In this document: piece after piece, positions 16,527-23,799 of the stretch
How the letters are laid out: every line of letters starts with the position of its first letter
How positions within the stretch are numbered: the stretch's first letter is position 1
Notes under the pieces: model-generated
Database searches by the model: none
What the model was told of the DNA's origin: nothing
Seen by the model: the letters and a program-made list of their open reading frames with translations, nothing else
Made by a program: the position numbers and the translations under genes
Source: Acinetobacter sp. ANC 4558
Lineage (GTDB): Bacteria; Pseudomonadota; Gammaproteobacteria; Pseudomonadales; Moraxellaceae
Direction of reading: 5' to 3'
Assembly (NCBI RefSeq): GCF_002135375.1
Contig: NZ_NEGH01000007.1
Coordinates: forward strand, 2,907-42,906
Length of the DNA stretch: 40,000 bases

Positions 16527-16576
16527 AATGGTGTTTGAAAATTATAAGGTACTTATAAAAAGGTTAATAGAGCTAT

Positions 16577-16593
16577 GCGACACAAAATGTCGC
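16577..16593. promoter_or_regulatory. Palindrome GCGACA-N5-TGTCGC upstream of the kinase promoter candidate
   Basis: A perfect 6-bp inverted repeat. It lies just upstream of a minus-strand TTAACC-N16-TATAAT promoter candidate that ends ~14 nt before the kinase ATG. Confidence 0.35.
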
Positions 16594-16694
16594 CATAGAA
16601 TAAGGATTAGTATAAATACCAAACATTAATATGACTAGGCTCAATTTGTTACTAAACAAAACCCCGAAAATACGAAGTTTTATCTCTAAATGTT

Positions 16695-16904
16695 TTATAA
16701 AATAATATTTTTATCCAAATCCACAACTACTGGATTTAGAATCGATCGATTATTATCAACCTCATTAGATGCAGCAAGAGTAATTACTTTTTTTCGATCA
16801 ATAGTACCATTTGTATAAATATCCTCAGCCGTCACAGGTAATCTTATTTGACCTGAATCAACTGTATAAATGATTACTAAATTACTTTTATTATCAGTTC
16901 CCAT
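16695..16904 (-). CDS. Hypothetical 69-aa protein
   Basis: An ATG-started ORF inside the repeat-bracketed cassette, followed by a weak hairpin with a U-run. Confidence 0.4.
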   Translation of the reverse strand: MGTDNKSNLVIIYTVDSGQIRLPVTAEDIYTNGTIDRKKVITLAASNEVDNNRSILNPVVVDLDKNIIL

Positions 16905-16971
16905 TATGAATAGCTTCCATTTTTTAATATGAAAACCAATAATATCATATGCCTTTTAAATAAATACATGT

Positions 16972-17037
16972 AAACAAAAACCCCACCGAATTTATTATTG
17001 GTGGGGTTTTGTGCCAGTGGCAATGTCACCGAAGTGA
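16972..17037 (-). repeat. 66-bp direct repeat, copy B
   Basis: Identical over 66/66 bp to 14721-14786. It serves as the terminator of the 17058-17726 gene. Confidence 0.9.
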
Positions 17038-17057
17038 TGAAATACGACTAATTCAAT

Positions 17058-17726
17058 TCAACGATCAAGCTTTTGTTTGAGCCGATATAGCTCCATATAA
17101 TTTTCAATTGCTATTGAAAATTCAACCCTAACCTTTTCTACTGTTGATAATTTTTCAACCTGTAAATCAACATTGTCACTTACCACATGATCAATTAGAA
17201 ATGAAATGTACATTGGTTGAGGATATTCTCCATATTGATCCAGCTTATATTTTTTTTCTTTTAGGTGCGATTTTATAGCTTGAAATTGCTCTTTAATCAA
17301 AATATCAACACTTAATTTAATTTCGCTTTTTAAATCATCAGTCAATTTTCTTTCATTTATTTTTTCCAGAATATCAAAAAAATTGCGAATTCTTGTTATT
17401 ACTAATGAATTATCCTTAAACGTACTATTTGGGTATCTGTTGTTTCCTAGCAACATGCGAAAGCTTTCCAGATTCACATCTTTAAGCTCTCTAAGTACAT
17501 CTCTAGCTTCATCTGTTGCTTCTTTTAGTTTTAATGTGGTTCCAGCAACAGATATCTCAACAATTGATTTTTTAAAAGCTATCAAACAACAAATCACTAA
17601 AACCACTGTTATAAGAGCAACATAATTACCACCATCTATTTTTTTTAGAAATAATAAAAGAGTGCTAGCGCCACTTAGAATGCAAAAAATTAATATTGAA
17701 CACCATACATCGTACTTATTCTTCAA
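17058..17726 (-). CDS. Membrane-anchored (2 TM) coiled-coil protein, candidate exclusion/abortive-infection factor
   Basis: A 222-aa ORF with two N-terminal hydrophobic helices followed by a charged helical domain. The gene is AT-rich and has its own terminator. Confidence 0.55.
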   Translation of the reverse strand: MKNKYDVWCSILIFCILSGASTLLLFLKKIDGGNYVALITVVLVICCLIAFKKSIVEISVAGTTLKLKEATDEARDVLRELKDVNLESFRMLLGNNRYPNSTFKDNSLVITRIRNFFDILEKINERKLTDDLKSEIKLSVDILIKEQFQAIKSHLKEKKYKLDQYGEYPQPMYISFLIDHVVSDNVDLQVEKLSTVEKVRVEFSIAIENYMELYRLKQKLDR

Positions 17727-17762
17727 GTGTAAAACTCTTTTATATAAATTTTTTTTAATTAT

Positions 17763-17789
17763 AAAACAAAAAGCCCACCGAATGGTGAG
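17763..17789 (-). terminator. Terminator, diverged copy of the 66-bp repeat family
   Basis: On the minus strand: CTCACC-attc-GGTGGG followed by CTTTTTGTTTT. It shares ACTGGCACAA and the GGTGGG-T-run half with the 66-bp repeat. Confidence 0.6.
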
Positions 17790-17842
17790 ATCTTGTGCCA
17801 GTGATAAACTATTGAGGTAGTGGGGCAGCTATAAATATTAGT

Positions 17843-18460
17843 TTATAAATTCCAGATTTCTTTACTCTCGTTCAAATCCCGTAAATATGGTGGTGAATTT
17901 TTCGATATAAAAGACTGAATTTCATCTTCCGAAAAATCATTAAAATAATTACCTAAATAATGCAAAAGCTCTTTTTCAATTTCAGGGTTAATTGAATAGT
18001 GAAATATTTGCATACCATTAGACATATTTCTTCCATATTTTGAGGATAAATAAATTACCCCTTTTGTTACCAACAAGGTTACCTCTGGTGCTTGCACTGG
18101 CAACCAAGTCGTACTAGATGATTCCAGTAAATATATATATAAAATAATTACTTCTTTGGCATTAATACCATCAAGTAACTTAGGTATGTTTTTTTTAAAT
18201 TTTTTCCTTCTAAAATAATTTACTATCTTATTTTTTAGTCCACCAAAAACACCATCAGCAATTAAAAATACAAAACTAGAGACACATATCAAAAATATTA
18301 AGCCAATAATGGAAATATAAAGCTGCTCTAATTTGTCAACTCCTAATATATACCTTAGACCCAATACATCAAATGTAATAACACCACTACAAACCAACAG
18401 TATGTACAAAATAATATTATGCGTCTTAAATATATTAAAAATATTATTGATATATTCCAT
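17843..18460 (-). CDS. Membrane protein, possibly SieB-like superinfection exclusion protein
   Basis: A 205-aa ORF with N-terminal TM helices and a soluble C-terminus. The motif LLDGINAKEVIILYIYL...WLPVQAPEVTLLVTKGVIY resembles my memory of SieB-family C-terminal regions; this is unverified. Confidence 0.5.
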   Translation of the reverse strand: MEYINNIFNIFKTHNIILYILLVCSGVITFDVLGLRYILGVDKLEQLYISIIGLIFLICVSSFVFLIADGVFGGLKNKIVNYFRRKKFKKNIPKLLDGINAKEVIILYIYLLESSSTTWLPVQAPEVTLLVTKGVIYLSSKYGRNMSNGMQIFHYSINPEIEKELLHYLGNYFNDFSEDEIQSFISKNSPPYLRDLNESKEIWNL

Positions 18461-18513
18461 TATTAAATCATTACTGAAAAGATATTCAGTAATATATCTA
18501 TTTTCCAGACAAC

Positions 18514-18537
18514 AAAAAAGCCCACCTTTCGATGAGC
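18514..18537 (-). terminator. Terminator of a short leader transcript downstream of the Q-position gene (tR'-like)
   Basis: On the minus strand: GCTCATC-gaaa-GGTGGGC (with G-U pairs) followed by TTTTTT. Confidence 0.55.
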
Positions 18538-18574
18538 TTTAATTCGTTGGTCTCGGATAAACCGTAATACGACC

Positions 18575-18603
18575 AGTATAGTAAAACTATACCTTAATGA
18601 GAA
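18575..18603 (-). promoter_or_regulatory. Candidate late promoter (PR'-like): TTCTCA-N17-TATACT
   Basis: The hexamers were read on the minus strand, immediately after the stop of the 18609-19181 gene. The predicted transcript would reach the 18514-18537 terminator after ~55 nt. Confidence 0.4.
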
Positions 18604-18608
18604 AAATT

Positions 18609-19181
18609 TTACCACCCTTTGGCTTGTATTTCTTTATAAGTATCTTTTTTGTACTTTTTAACAGCTTTTGATGCCTCATCTATTGCTGATTCAATTGCTA
18701 ATATCATTAGTTTTTCATACTGCTTCCAAGTTCGATCATAAGCTTTCAATGTCATCTGGTGACTACCAACACCTGCATAATATAAGCGCCCTTTAGCTGT
18801 GTAGTTTTCCTCAAGTTCAGGATTTAAAGAGAAATCTATAACCATACGTGCAATAAGATATGCCAAATGGTACATGCTGATATTTTCAGGTTCACGCTTC
18901 TTATCACTGGTCGCGCTTCTCAACATAATATTTGCCAAATGATTACGCACATACTCATAATCACTTTCGCTCTTTCCATCAAATACAATCAAAGCTGTTA
19001 CTGATTTCGCTAACTGGCTTTCCATTGAAGCTATAGCACCCAAACGATCTTGATAGTCCAATGGTTTCTCTCCCGTGCCATGTGCTTGTGGTTCAAAATT
19101 AGGTGACTTTGCAGTAATGCCATGAGTCAGCCATTCAAATTGTTCAAACTTTTCCGATGCTACATTCACTGCAATATTCAT
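18609..19181 (-). CDS. Hypothetical protein in the late-regulator (Q) position
   Basis: A 190-aa ORF that follows RusA, in the position Q occupies in lambdoid phages. I could see no lambda-Q Zn-finger, so the function is inferred from position only. Confidence 0.35.
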   Translation of the reverse strand: MNIAVNVASEKFEQFEWLTHGITAKSPNFEPQAHGTGEKPLDYQDRLGAIASMESQLAKSVTALIVFDGKSESDYEYVRNHLANIMLRSATSDKKREPENISMYHLAYLIARMVIDFSLNPELEENYTAKGRLYYAGVGSHQMTLKAYDRTWKQYEKLMILAIESAIDEASKAVKKYKKDTYKEIQAKGW

Positions 19182-19191
19182 CCTATTCCCC

Positions 19192-19680
19192 TCAAACTTT
19201 CTTAACCGAAATAATCAATTTCCCATTTTTATGAACTGGCAGTCGTTCGACCACCAACTTATCCACTTGCCTATCATCTAAAATCAGTCCACATTTTGAG
19301 AGTGAATCAAAGATAGGCTTCACTATGTTGTCTATATCCCTTACTTTTGCATCAGGTGGCGCAAATTGGACGTTTACCGACACTTTCCCATCGTACCTAC
19401 ACGGACTAATAAAACGCTTCATAACAGCCATAAAATGCTTTGCTCGTTTGCTTAATCTTTTTCGTGCTTTTCCTGAATCTAACCAGTAGTTGTTGACTGA
19501 CGGTGGCACTATTTCGATTTCGCATAACAGCAAGTCATCTTCAAACAATCCATCACTTGCAAAGCCTTTGACCAAATTAGGAGGGATTGTCGGTGCAGGA
19601 TCAGGATTGCGTTTCTTCTTTGATGCAGGCTTATTACCCACACCTTGAAGTTTTCTAACCTCTGCAACGGTCATTCGCAT
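19192..19680 (-). CDS. rusA: RusA-family Holliday junction resolvase
   Basis: Motifs PPSVNNYW and RDIDNIVKPIFDSLSKCGLILDDRQV. Confidence 0.85.
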   Translation of the reverse strand: MRMTVAEVRKLQGVGNKPASKKKRNPDPAPTIPPNLVKGFASDGLFEDDLLLCEIEIVPPSVNNYWLDSGKARKRLSKRAKHFMAVMKRFISPCRYDGKVSVNVQFAPPDAKVRDIDNIVKPIFDSLSKCGLILDDRQVDKLVVERLPVHKNGKLIISVKKV

Positions 19681-20048
19681 GAATTACCTCGCAAGGTTTT
19701 CTTAATTTCAGCAATACAAAATCTCAAAGCAAATACGCGCTGTGAATTTCCAGACTTAAGGTTTTGACTCAAAGCAAATTCAAGCTGCTTGATCAGCATT
19801 TCAGATGACATTCTTAATCTGTCATTTTCCTGCTTTAAGCCATGAAGCTCTTGAGCAAGTAAATCTACTTCTAAAATTGCTTGTTCTCTTGTGAGTTCCT
19901 GATCAGCAAAACATGAACCGTCATAGTGACAATAACCATCAGCACCACAATATGGGTTATGACCTTTACAACGCATCACAGCATTAGCCCATACATTATG
20001 ATTTTTGCTTAATAAATCGTGTTCACAAGGTATTTTGATTGCTTTCAC
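19671..20048 (-). CDS. Hypothetical Cys-rich/coiled-coil protein
   Basis: A 125-aa ORF with a GTG start overlapping the upstream stop. Confidence 0.5.
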   Translation of the reverse strand: MKAIKIPCEHDLLSKNHNVWANAVMRCKGHNPYCGADGYCHYDGSCFADQELTREQAILEVDLLAQELHGLKQENDRLRMSSEMLIKQLEFALSQNLKSGNSQRVFALRFCIAEIKKTLRGNSCE

Positions 20049-20587
20049 GACTCACCTCGTAAGGCTTTTTCTAAAGCATTGATTGTTAATTGCGTAATAT
20101 ATCGATCATGCTTTTTAATAACGTCTTTTACAGATACAATTTGATCTTGCTGTTCTTGCATCTTACCTAGGTAGCGTTTGTTCATTTCAGCAAGGTGAGC
20201 TTTCTCCTTCTCCAACTGCTCGATTTTTTCTTTATATGAATCAAGCAAATCAAAATTAAATGGCTTGCCCAGCGGTGGCTTTACCAACATTGCACCACCT
20301 TCAATTTTTTCTTGGCTTAGCACTGCATATTGCTTGAGTTCATCTTCCTCACTTTGGCCGTAGTAGTGTTGGTCAATTTTGGATTGTTGTTCTTGGAACA
20401 CATACCAAGCGCCATTTATAAAACCTTGTGAGTATTCAGGTAGTCTTTCCGATCTATACTCGTTGTCTGATTCATCAAAGGTGCAAGCTGATACAACGTG
20501 CTTAATATTTCCCAACGCCTCAAACTTCTGTCTTAACTCACCCACCACACACCTCCGCATCAACCCCATACCAAAGACCATCATCAA
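20045..20587 (-). CDS. Hypothetical protein (start uncertain; ATG 20560 or 20569 are possible)
   Basis: A 180-aa ORF with a coiled-coil C-terminal half. Its 5' end overlaps the upstream ORF. Confidence 0.5.
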   Translation of the reverse strand: MMMVFGMGLMRRCVVGELRQKFEALGNIKHVVSACTFDESDNEYRSERLPEYSQGFINGAWYVFQEQQSKIDQHYYGQSEEDELKQYAVLSQEKIEGGAMLVKPPLGKPFNFDLLDSYKEKIEQLEKEKAHLAEMNKRYLGKMQEQQDQIVSVKDVIKKHDRYITQLTINALEKALRGES

Positions 20588-20705
20588 AACAATCAGCTAG
20601 TTCATTCGCTTCTGATCTTGTTTTCACTTGATCAATAAGATGCCAATACCCACCACTATAATAACCAACACACCACGTTCTATTAATTCTGCGAACCTTG
20701 TGCAT
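20538..20705 (-). CDS. Hypothetical small protein
   Basis: I chose the internal ATG at 20705 because the track start at 20756 overlaps the 53-aa ORF found at 20722-20883. Confidence 0.4.
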   Translation of the reverse strand: MHKVRRINRTWCVGYYSGGYWHLIDQVKTRSEANELADCFDDGLWYGVDAEVCGG

Positions 20706-20721
20706 TCTTGCAAACTGACGT

Positions 20722-20883
20722 TTAGCCACCGCACACCTCCCAATTCTCATCATCATTCAATGCATCTTCTTCAGCACGGCGATGCAATTCATTCCATTGT
20801 TCTTGTAATTCCATCTCATCATCACTATGAGCAATAGGGCTATTTAACTTGTCACGAAGCGTTTTAAAATCAGGATTGGTCAT
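20722..20883 (-). CDS. Hypothetical acidic 53-aa protein (below the ORF-track size cutoff)
   Basis: Translated codon by codon: MTNPDFKTLRDKLNSPIAHSDDEMELQEQWNELHRRAEEDALNDDENWEVCGG. The start overlaps the upstream stop as ATGA. Confidence 0.45.
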   Translation of the reverse strand: MTNPDFKTLRDKLNSPIAHSDDEMELQEQWNELHRRAEEDALNDDENWEVCGG

Positions 20884-21122
20884 GCTGTCACCAGTCTTTC
20901 CGCATTTGATCGAATGTGATTGCGACGAGTTGCATTACGTTTTCTGTAAAACACCTCATAACAAGCTTTGCAAACTGCATCAAATTGAGGGATGCGAGTT
21001 CCATCTTTTCTTGGATTCCCTAATCGCGCAAAGAAGAACTCAGAATCCATGGGCCAAAAGTCTTTGCACTTACTGCACTGTTTTTCATTACCAAGTTCGG
21101 TTTCAATAATTGGATTTTTCAT
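20880..21122 (-). CDS. Hypothetical protein with two CxxC pairs (zinc-ribbon-like)
   Basis: An 80-aa ORF containing CSKC....CKAC. Confidence 0.5.
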   Translation of the reverse strand: MKNPIIETELGNEKQCSKCKDFWPMDSEFFFARLGNPRKDGTRIPQFDAVCKACYEVFYRKRNATRRNHIRSNAERLVTA

Positions 21123-21130
21123 GCCACCAC

Positions 21131-21325
21131 CTACTTGCTAAATACTTTGATCAAAAGAACAAACACCACAAATACGATCAGCAAACCCAATCCAAAGCAG
21201 TAACCACGATTTACCCACTCAATAGCACCATCAAGATTTTTTCTTCCTGTGATTAAGCCTTTTGCAAAGTCATAGGTGTAAAGAACAGCGATACACACAG
21301 CAATTATTTGTAGTACATCCTTCAT
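21131..21325 (-). CDS. Small two-TM membrane protein
   Basis: A 64-aa ORF with two hydrophobic helices. It overlaps the P-like gene by 4 nt. Confidence 0.45.
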   Translation of the reverse strand: MKDVLQIIAVCIAVLYTYDFAKGLITGRKNLDGAIEWVNRGYCFGLGLLIVFVVFVLLIKVFSK

Positions 21326-21930
21326 GCCACACCGCCTTTATTCAAAGAATTAATACCTCTCAACTGAGCAACAAACTCAGGTGGACATGGCACACAATTA
21401 CGCTTTGATTCATCAAACCCAAGTCTTTTAGGTTCAGGCGGTTTGACATAAAACTCTTGAGCTTTTCCTTGGTCTTTGGCACGGCGCAAATAATCTTGAT
21501 AAATATCTTTAAAAGCGAAATGCGCGGCTCTTTGCCCTTCTGCCACTAGAACATGGCGAACCTCATCGAGTGTGTGCTTTGCAAGCTTGGTAATTTTGGT
21601 TGTTGGATCTGCTTCAAACTGCAACGCTTTCGCCCAAGCCATTTCAGCAGTCCACCACTCACCACCTTGTTCACACCAACTACGGAACTTAGGAAGATTT
21701 GGACACCATTCCTCAGAATTCATGCGTAACAAGCCACGTTGAATATCTTCTGGTGTTAGACCACTCAAAACCGTACATGTTAGCTGTTGGAGTTCTGAAT
21801 CTGAGTAACCATGGTATTTCTTACTAAACTCAGTGCCATACAAATCACTAATACGACTTAAAACCAAATTTGCTACTTCAACTGGAAATTCAACCTGAAA
21901 AGCATTTTTGAAAAGTTCGATATCACCCAT
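21322..21930 (-). CDS. Lambda P-like replication protein (helicase loader)
   Basis: GLTPEDIQRGLLRMNSEEWCPNLPKFRSWCEQ parallels lambda P GITTMEQVNAGMRVARRQNRPFLPSPGQFVAWCREE. The gene lies downstream of the O-like gene. Confidence 0.6.
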   Translation of the reverse strand: MGDIELFKNAFQVEFPVEVANLVLSRISDLYGTEFSKKYHGYSDSELQQLTCTVLSGLTPEDIQRGLLRMNSEEWCPNLPKFRSWCEQGGEWWTAEMAWAKALQFEADPTTKITKLAKHTLDEVRHVLVAEGQRAAHFAFKDIYQDYLRRAKDQGKAQEFYVKPPEPKRLGFDESKRNCVPCPPEFVAQLRGINSLNKGGVA

Positions 21931-22777
21931 GAGTAAATCCTCCTACATCACGCATTTGATGTTCGTTAGATTGCTCACCAAAACGACGGCGCTGTGTTTC
22001 TTGAGTGTTTTGCATGTGAGCCGATGGTGCTGGTTTGTGCTTCGGGAAATACACGCTTTGGTAACTGCTCACGATTGAGGTTTCCAAAGCTTCATTTGCT
22101 TGATCACCAAAACCATGTAATTTTTTTAATAAAATTTTTACAGCGTTTTCAGTGAGTGGCTTTTTGATTGATTTACGCATCTCAACAAACTGGTTCCACA
22201 AATCACGATTTACGTTGCCTGGTAATTCAACCGATATTGCATCGAATGAATTTTGTTTTTCAGCCTTAGGTTGTTCAGAACCACTTTCACTTTTTTTATT
22301 TATTTTTTTATTTTGATAGTGTTTATTGATAGTGGATCTTTGTGTGTAAAAATTTTTTACTAGCAGAGGTAAAATATTTTTACTAGTGTGGTTAAAATTT
22401 TTTACTAGCAGGGGTAAAGATTTTTTACTAGCAATCGTCTTGTTTTCACCTAGTAAAATATTTTTACTAGGGAAATTCATCACCAAATTAATACTTGAAT
22501 CATCACCTAATTTATAAGTTTTTCCATGAATCGTACTTGGCTGTTCAACCACTAAACCAAACTTAACTAACTCACGTAAGCACTTAACAATGGTAGGACG
22601 GCTTTTACCTGTGAACTCCTCAAACTGAGTCAGAGAGATAGAATCCATCTCCTTGTTCCAACCACGAGTTTTACGAGAAATTAACAAGTAAATTTTTGTC
22701 GAAGCATCAGAAATCTTGCACATGACTTCATCAACAAATGCATTCGGCACTTGAAAAGCGTTAGGGATAAAACTCAT
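21923..22777 (-). CDS. Lambda O-like replication initiator
   Basis: An N-terminal winged-helix region (ISRKTRGWNKEMDSISLTQFEEFTGKSRPTIVKCLRELVKFGLV). Iterons lie inside the coding sequence. Confidence 0.75.
   Translation of the reverse strand: MSFIPNAFQVPNAFVDEVMCKISDASTKIYLLISRKTRGWNKEMDSISLTQFEEFTGKSRPTIVKCLRELVKFGLVVEQPSTIHGKTYKLGDDSSINLVMNFPSKNILLGENKTIASKKSLPLLVKNFNHTSKNILPLLVKNFYTQRSTINKHYQNKKINKKSESGSEQPKAEKQNSFDAISVELPGNVNRDLWNQFVEMRKSIKKPLTENAVKILLKKLHGFGDQANEALETSIVSSYQSVYFPKHKPAPSAHMQNTQETQRRRFGEQSNEHQMRDVGGFTHG
22353..22470. repeat. Replication origin iterons (core TTTTTACTAG) inside the O-like gene
   Basis: Direct copies start near 22353, 22377, 22398, 22421 and 22461, with one inverted copy at 22450-22458. 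An A/T-only tract lies adjacent at ~22284-22325. Confidence 0.75.
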
Positions 22778-23070
22778 GAAACCTCCGCAAGTGCTAATTC
22801 AGCTTCGGAAAGACGGCGTTTGGCTTGGAGTTCAGCTACCGTTGCGTGGCGAATGTTCGTTATATCTACGCAAAAACCAGCAAGAATAGACATAGATCTA
22901 CTTAATCCTGGTGCATATAGACTTACTTGTACTGAGCAACCATTAACATTCTCAAAAACATAAAGATTATTTTTAGTTGGTCTCCATGCTTCAGTAATAC
23001 AGATCACATCGCCTATTAAAAAATCTACATCGTTGTTTTGATTGGGTTGTTGTGGTAAATTTGATTTCAT
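22774..23070 (-). CDS. Hypothetical protein
   Basis: ATG 23070 is preferred. The track start at 23103 is a GTG buried in a 10-bp hairpin stem. Confidence 0.5.
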   Translation of the reverse strand: MKSNLPQQPNQNNDVDFLIGDVICITEAWRPTKNNLYVFENVNGCSVQVSLYAPGLSRSMSILAGFCVDITNIRHATVAELQAKRRLSEAELALAEVS

Positions 23071-23099
23071 ATTTAAATCTCGCTGATTTGAATTAATGA

Positions 23100-23131
23100 C
23101 CACTTCTAGTTGCTGCTAGAAGTGGTTTTTT
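23100..23131 (+). terminator. Strong hairpin plus T-run oriented for plus-strand (antisense) transcription, between the cII-like gene and the next gene
   Basis: CCACTTCTAG-ttgctg-CTAGAAGTGG (a perfect 10-bp stem) followed by TTTTTT on the plus strand. On the minus strand the hairpin is followed by TCATTAATTC. Confidence 0.55.
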
Positions 23132-23486
23132 AATAACCTAACTTTTCTTTTTGACCGCTAATTTCGTCATGAAATAGATCATCTACCGATTCAATACGGC
23201 TCATCCAGCTTTTAGACATGACGAGTAACGCCTCAACTCTAGATTTATCAATACTTTGGTATTCCTTAGGAACAATCTTTAACCCTAAGCAGCTCAACAA
23301 CTCACAAAAAATTTCAATTTCATTCAAGCCATTGTTTTTCTTATCAGTTTTAAGTCTTGTCACCGTACTCGGATCAACACATAGGTGCTCTGCTATTTCT
23401 TTTTGATTGCCCAAATCAAGACCTTGCAATATTCGAGAAACGCCATTTCTAGCACTTGCAGACAATTCAATAGATACTTTATTCAT
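23130..23486 (-). CDS. CII-like HTH transcriptional regulator
   Basis: HTH GNQKEIAEHLCVDPSTVTRLK. It lies directly after the cro-like gene, with an ATGA start/stop overlap at 23483-23486. Confidence 0.55.
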   Translation of the reverse strand: MNKVSIELSASARNGVSRILQGLDLGNQKEIAEHLCVDPSTVTRLKTDKKNNGLNEIEIFCELLSCLGLKIVPKEYQSIDKSRVEALLVMSKSWMSRIESVDDLFHDEISGQKEKLGY

Positions 23487-23674
23487 GCACATGATCCTTG
23501 TTCATATAGCTTTTGAAGTTTTCTTCCTCTGCTATATGTCACCTCGGTCAATTCCTCATTGAGAATTTTTGAAATTGAACTTTGGGAAATATTGGTTAAT
23601 TGTGAAATTTGAACTTGAGTTAATGATTTTGAAAGAACTAGTAGCATCTCTCTAATGGTTGGTTCTTCACTCAT
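23483..23674 (-). CDS. Cro-like HTH repressor
   Basis: A 63-aa ORF with HTH LTQVQISQLTNISQSSISKIL. It is the first gene divergent from the cI-like gene across the operator region. Confidence 0.65.
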   Translation of the reverse strand: MSEEPTIREMLLVLSKSLTQVQISQLTNISQSSISKILNEELTEVTYSRGRKLQKLYEQGSCA

Positions 23675-23702
23675 AAACTGATCCTCCTTTTCACGAATTA
23701 TT

Positions 23703-23767
23703 ATTCATATGTGAATAGGTGTCAATTCATTAGTGAATTATTTATTAATTCATATTCAAATTTGAAT
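23703..23767. promoter_or_regulatory. OR-like operator cluster: three 14-bp palindromes ATTCA-N4-TGAAT in the cI/cro divergent region
   Basis: The sites are 23703-23716 (ATTCATATGTGAAT), 23725-23738 (ATTCATTAGTGAAT) and 23754-23767 (ATTCAAATTTGAAT). Confidence 0.75.
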
Positions 23768-23799
23768 AATATGTATTTATGAGTTAGTGAGTTCGCAGT

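Noticed and set aside
22353-22470. Regularly spaced direct repeats that could be mistaken for a small CRISPR array
   Set aside because: The repeats are ~10-11 bp cores spaced 21-24 bp apart inside the O-like coding sequence, next to an A/T tract. This is the classic iteron origin layout, and there are no cas genes or spacers.
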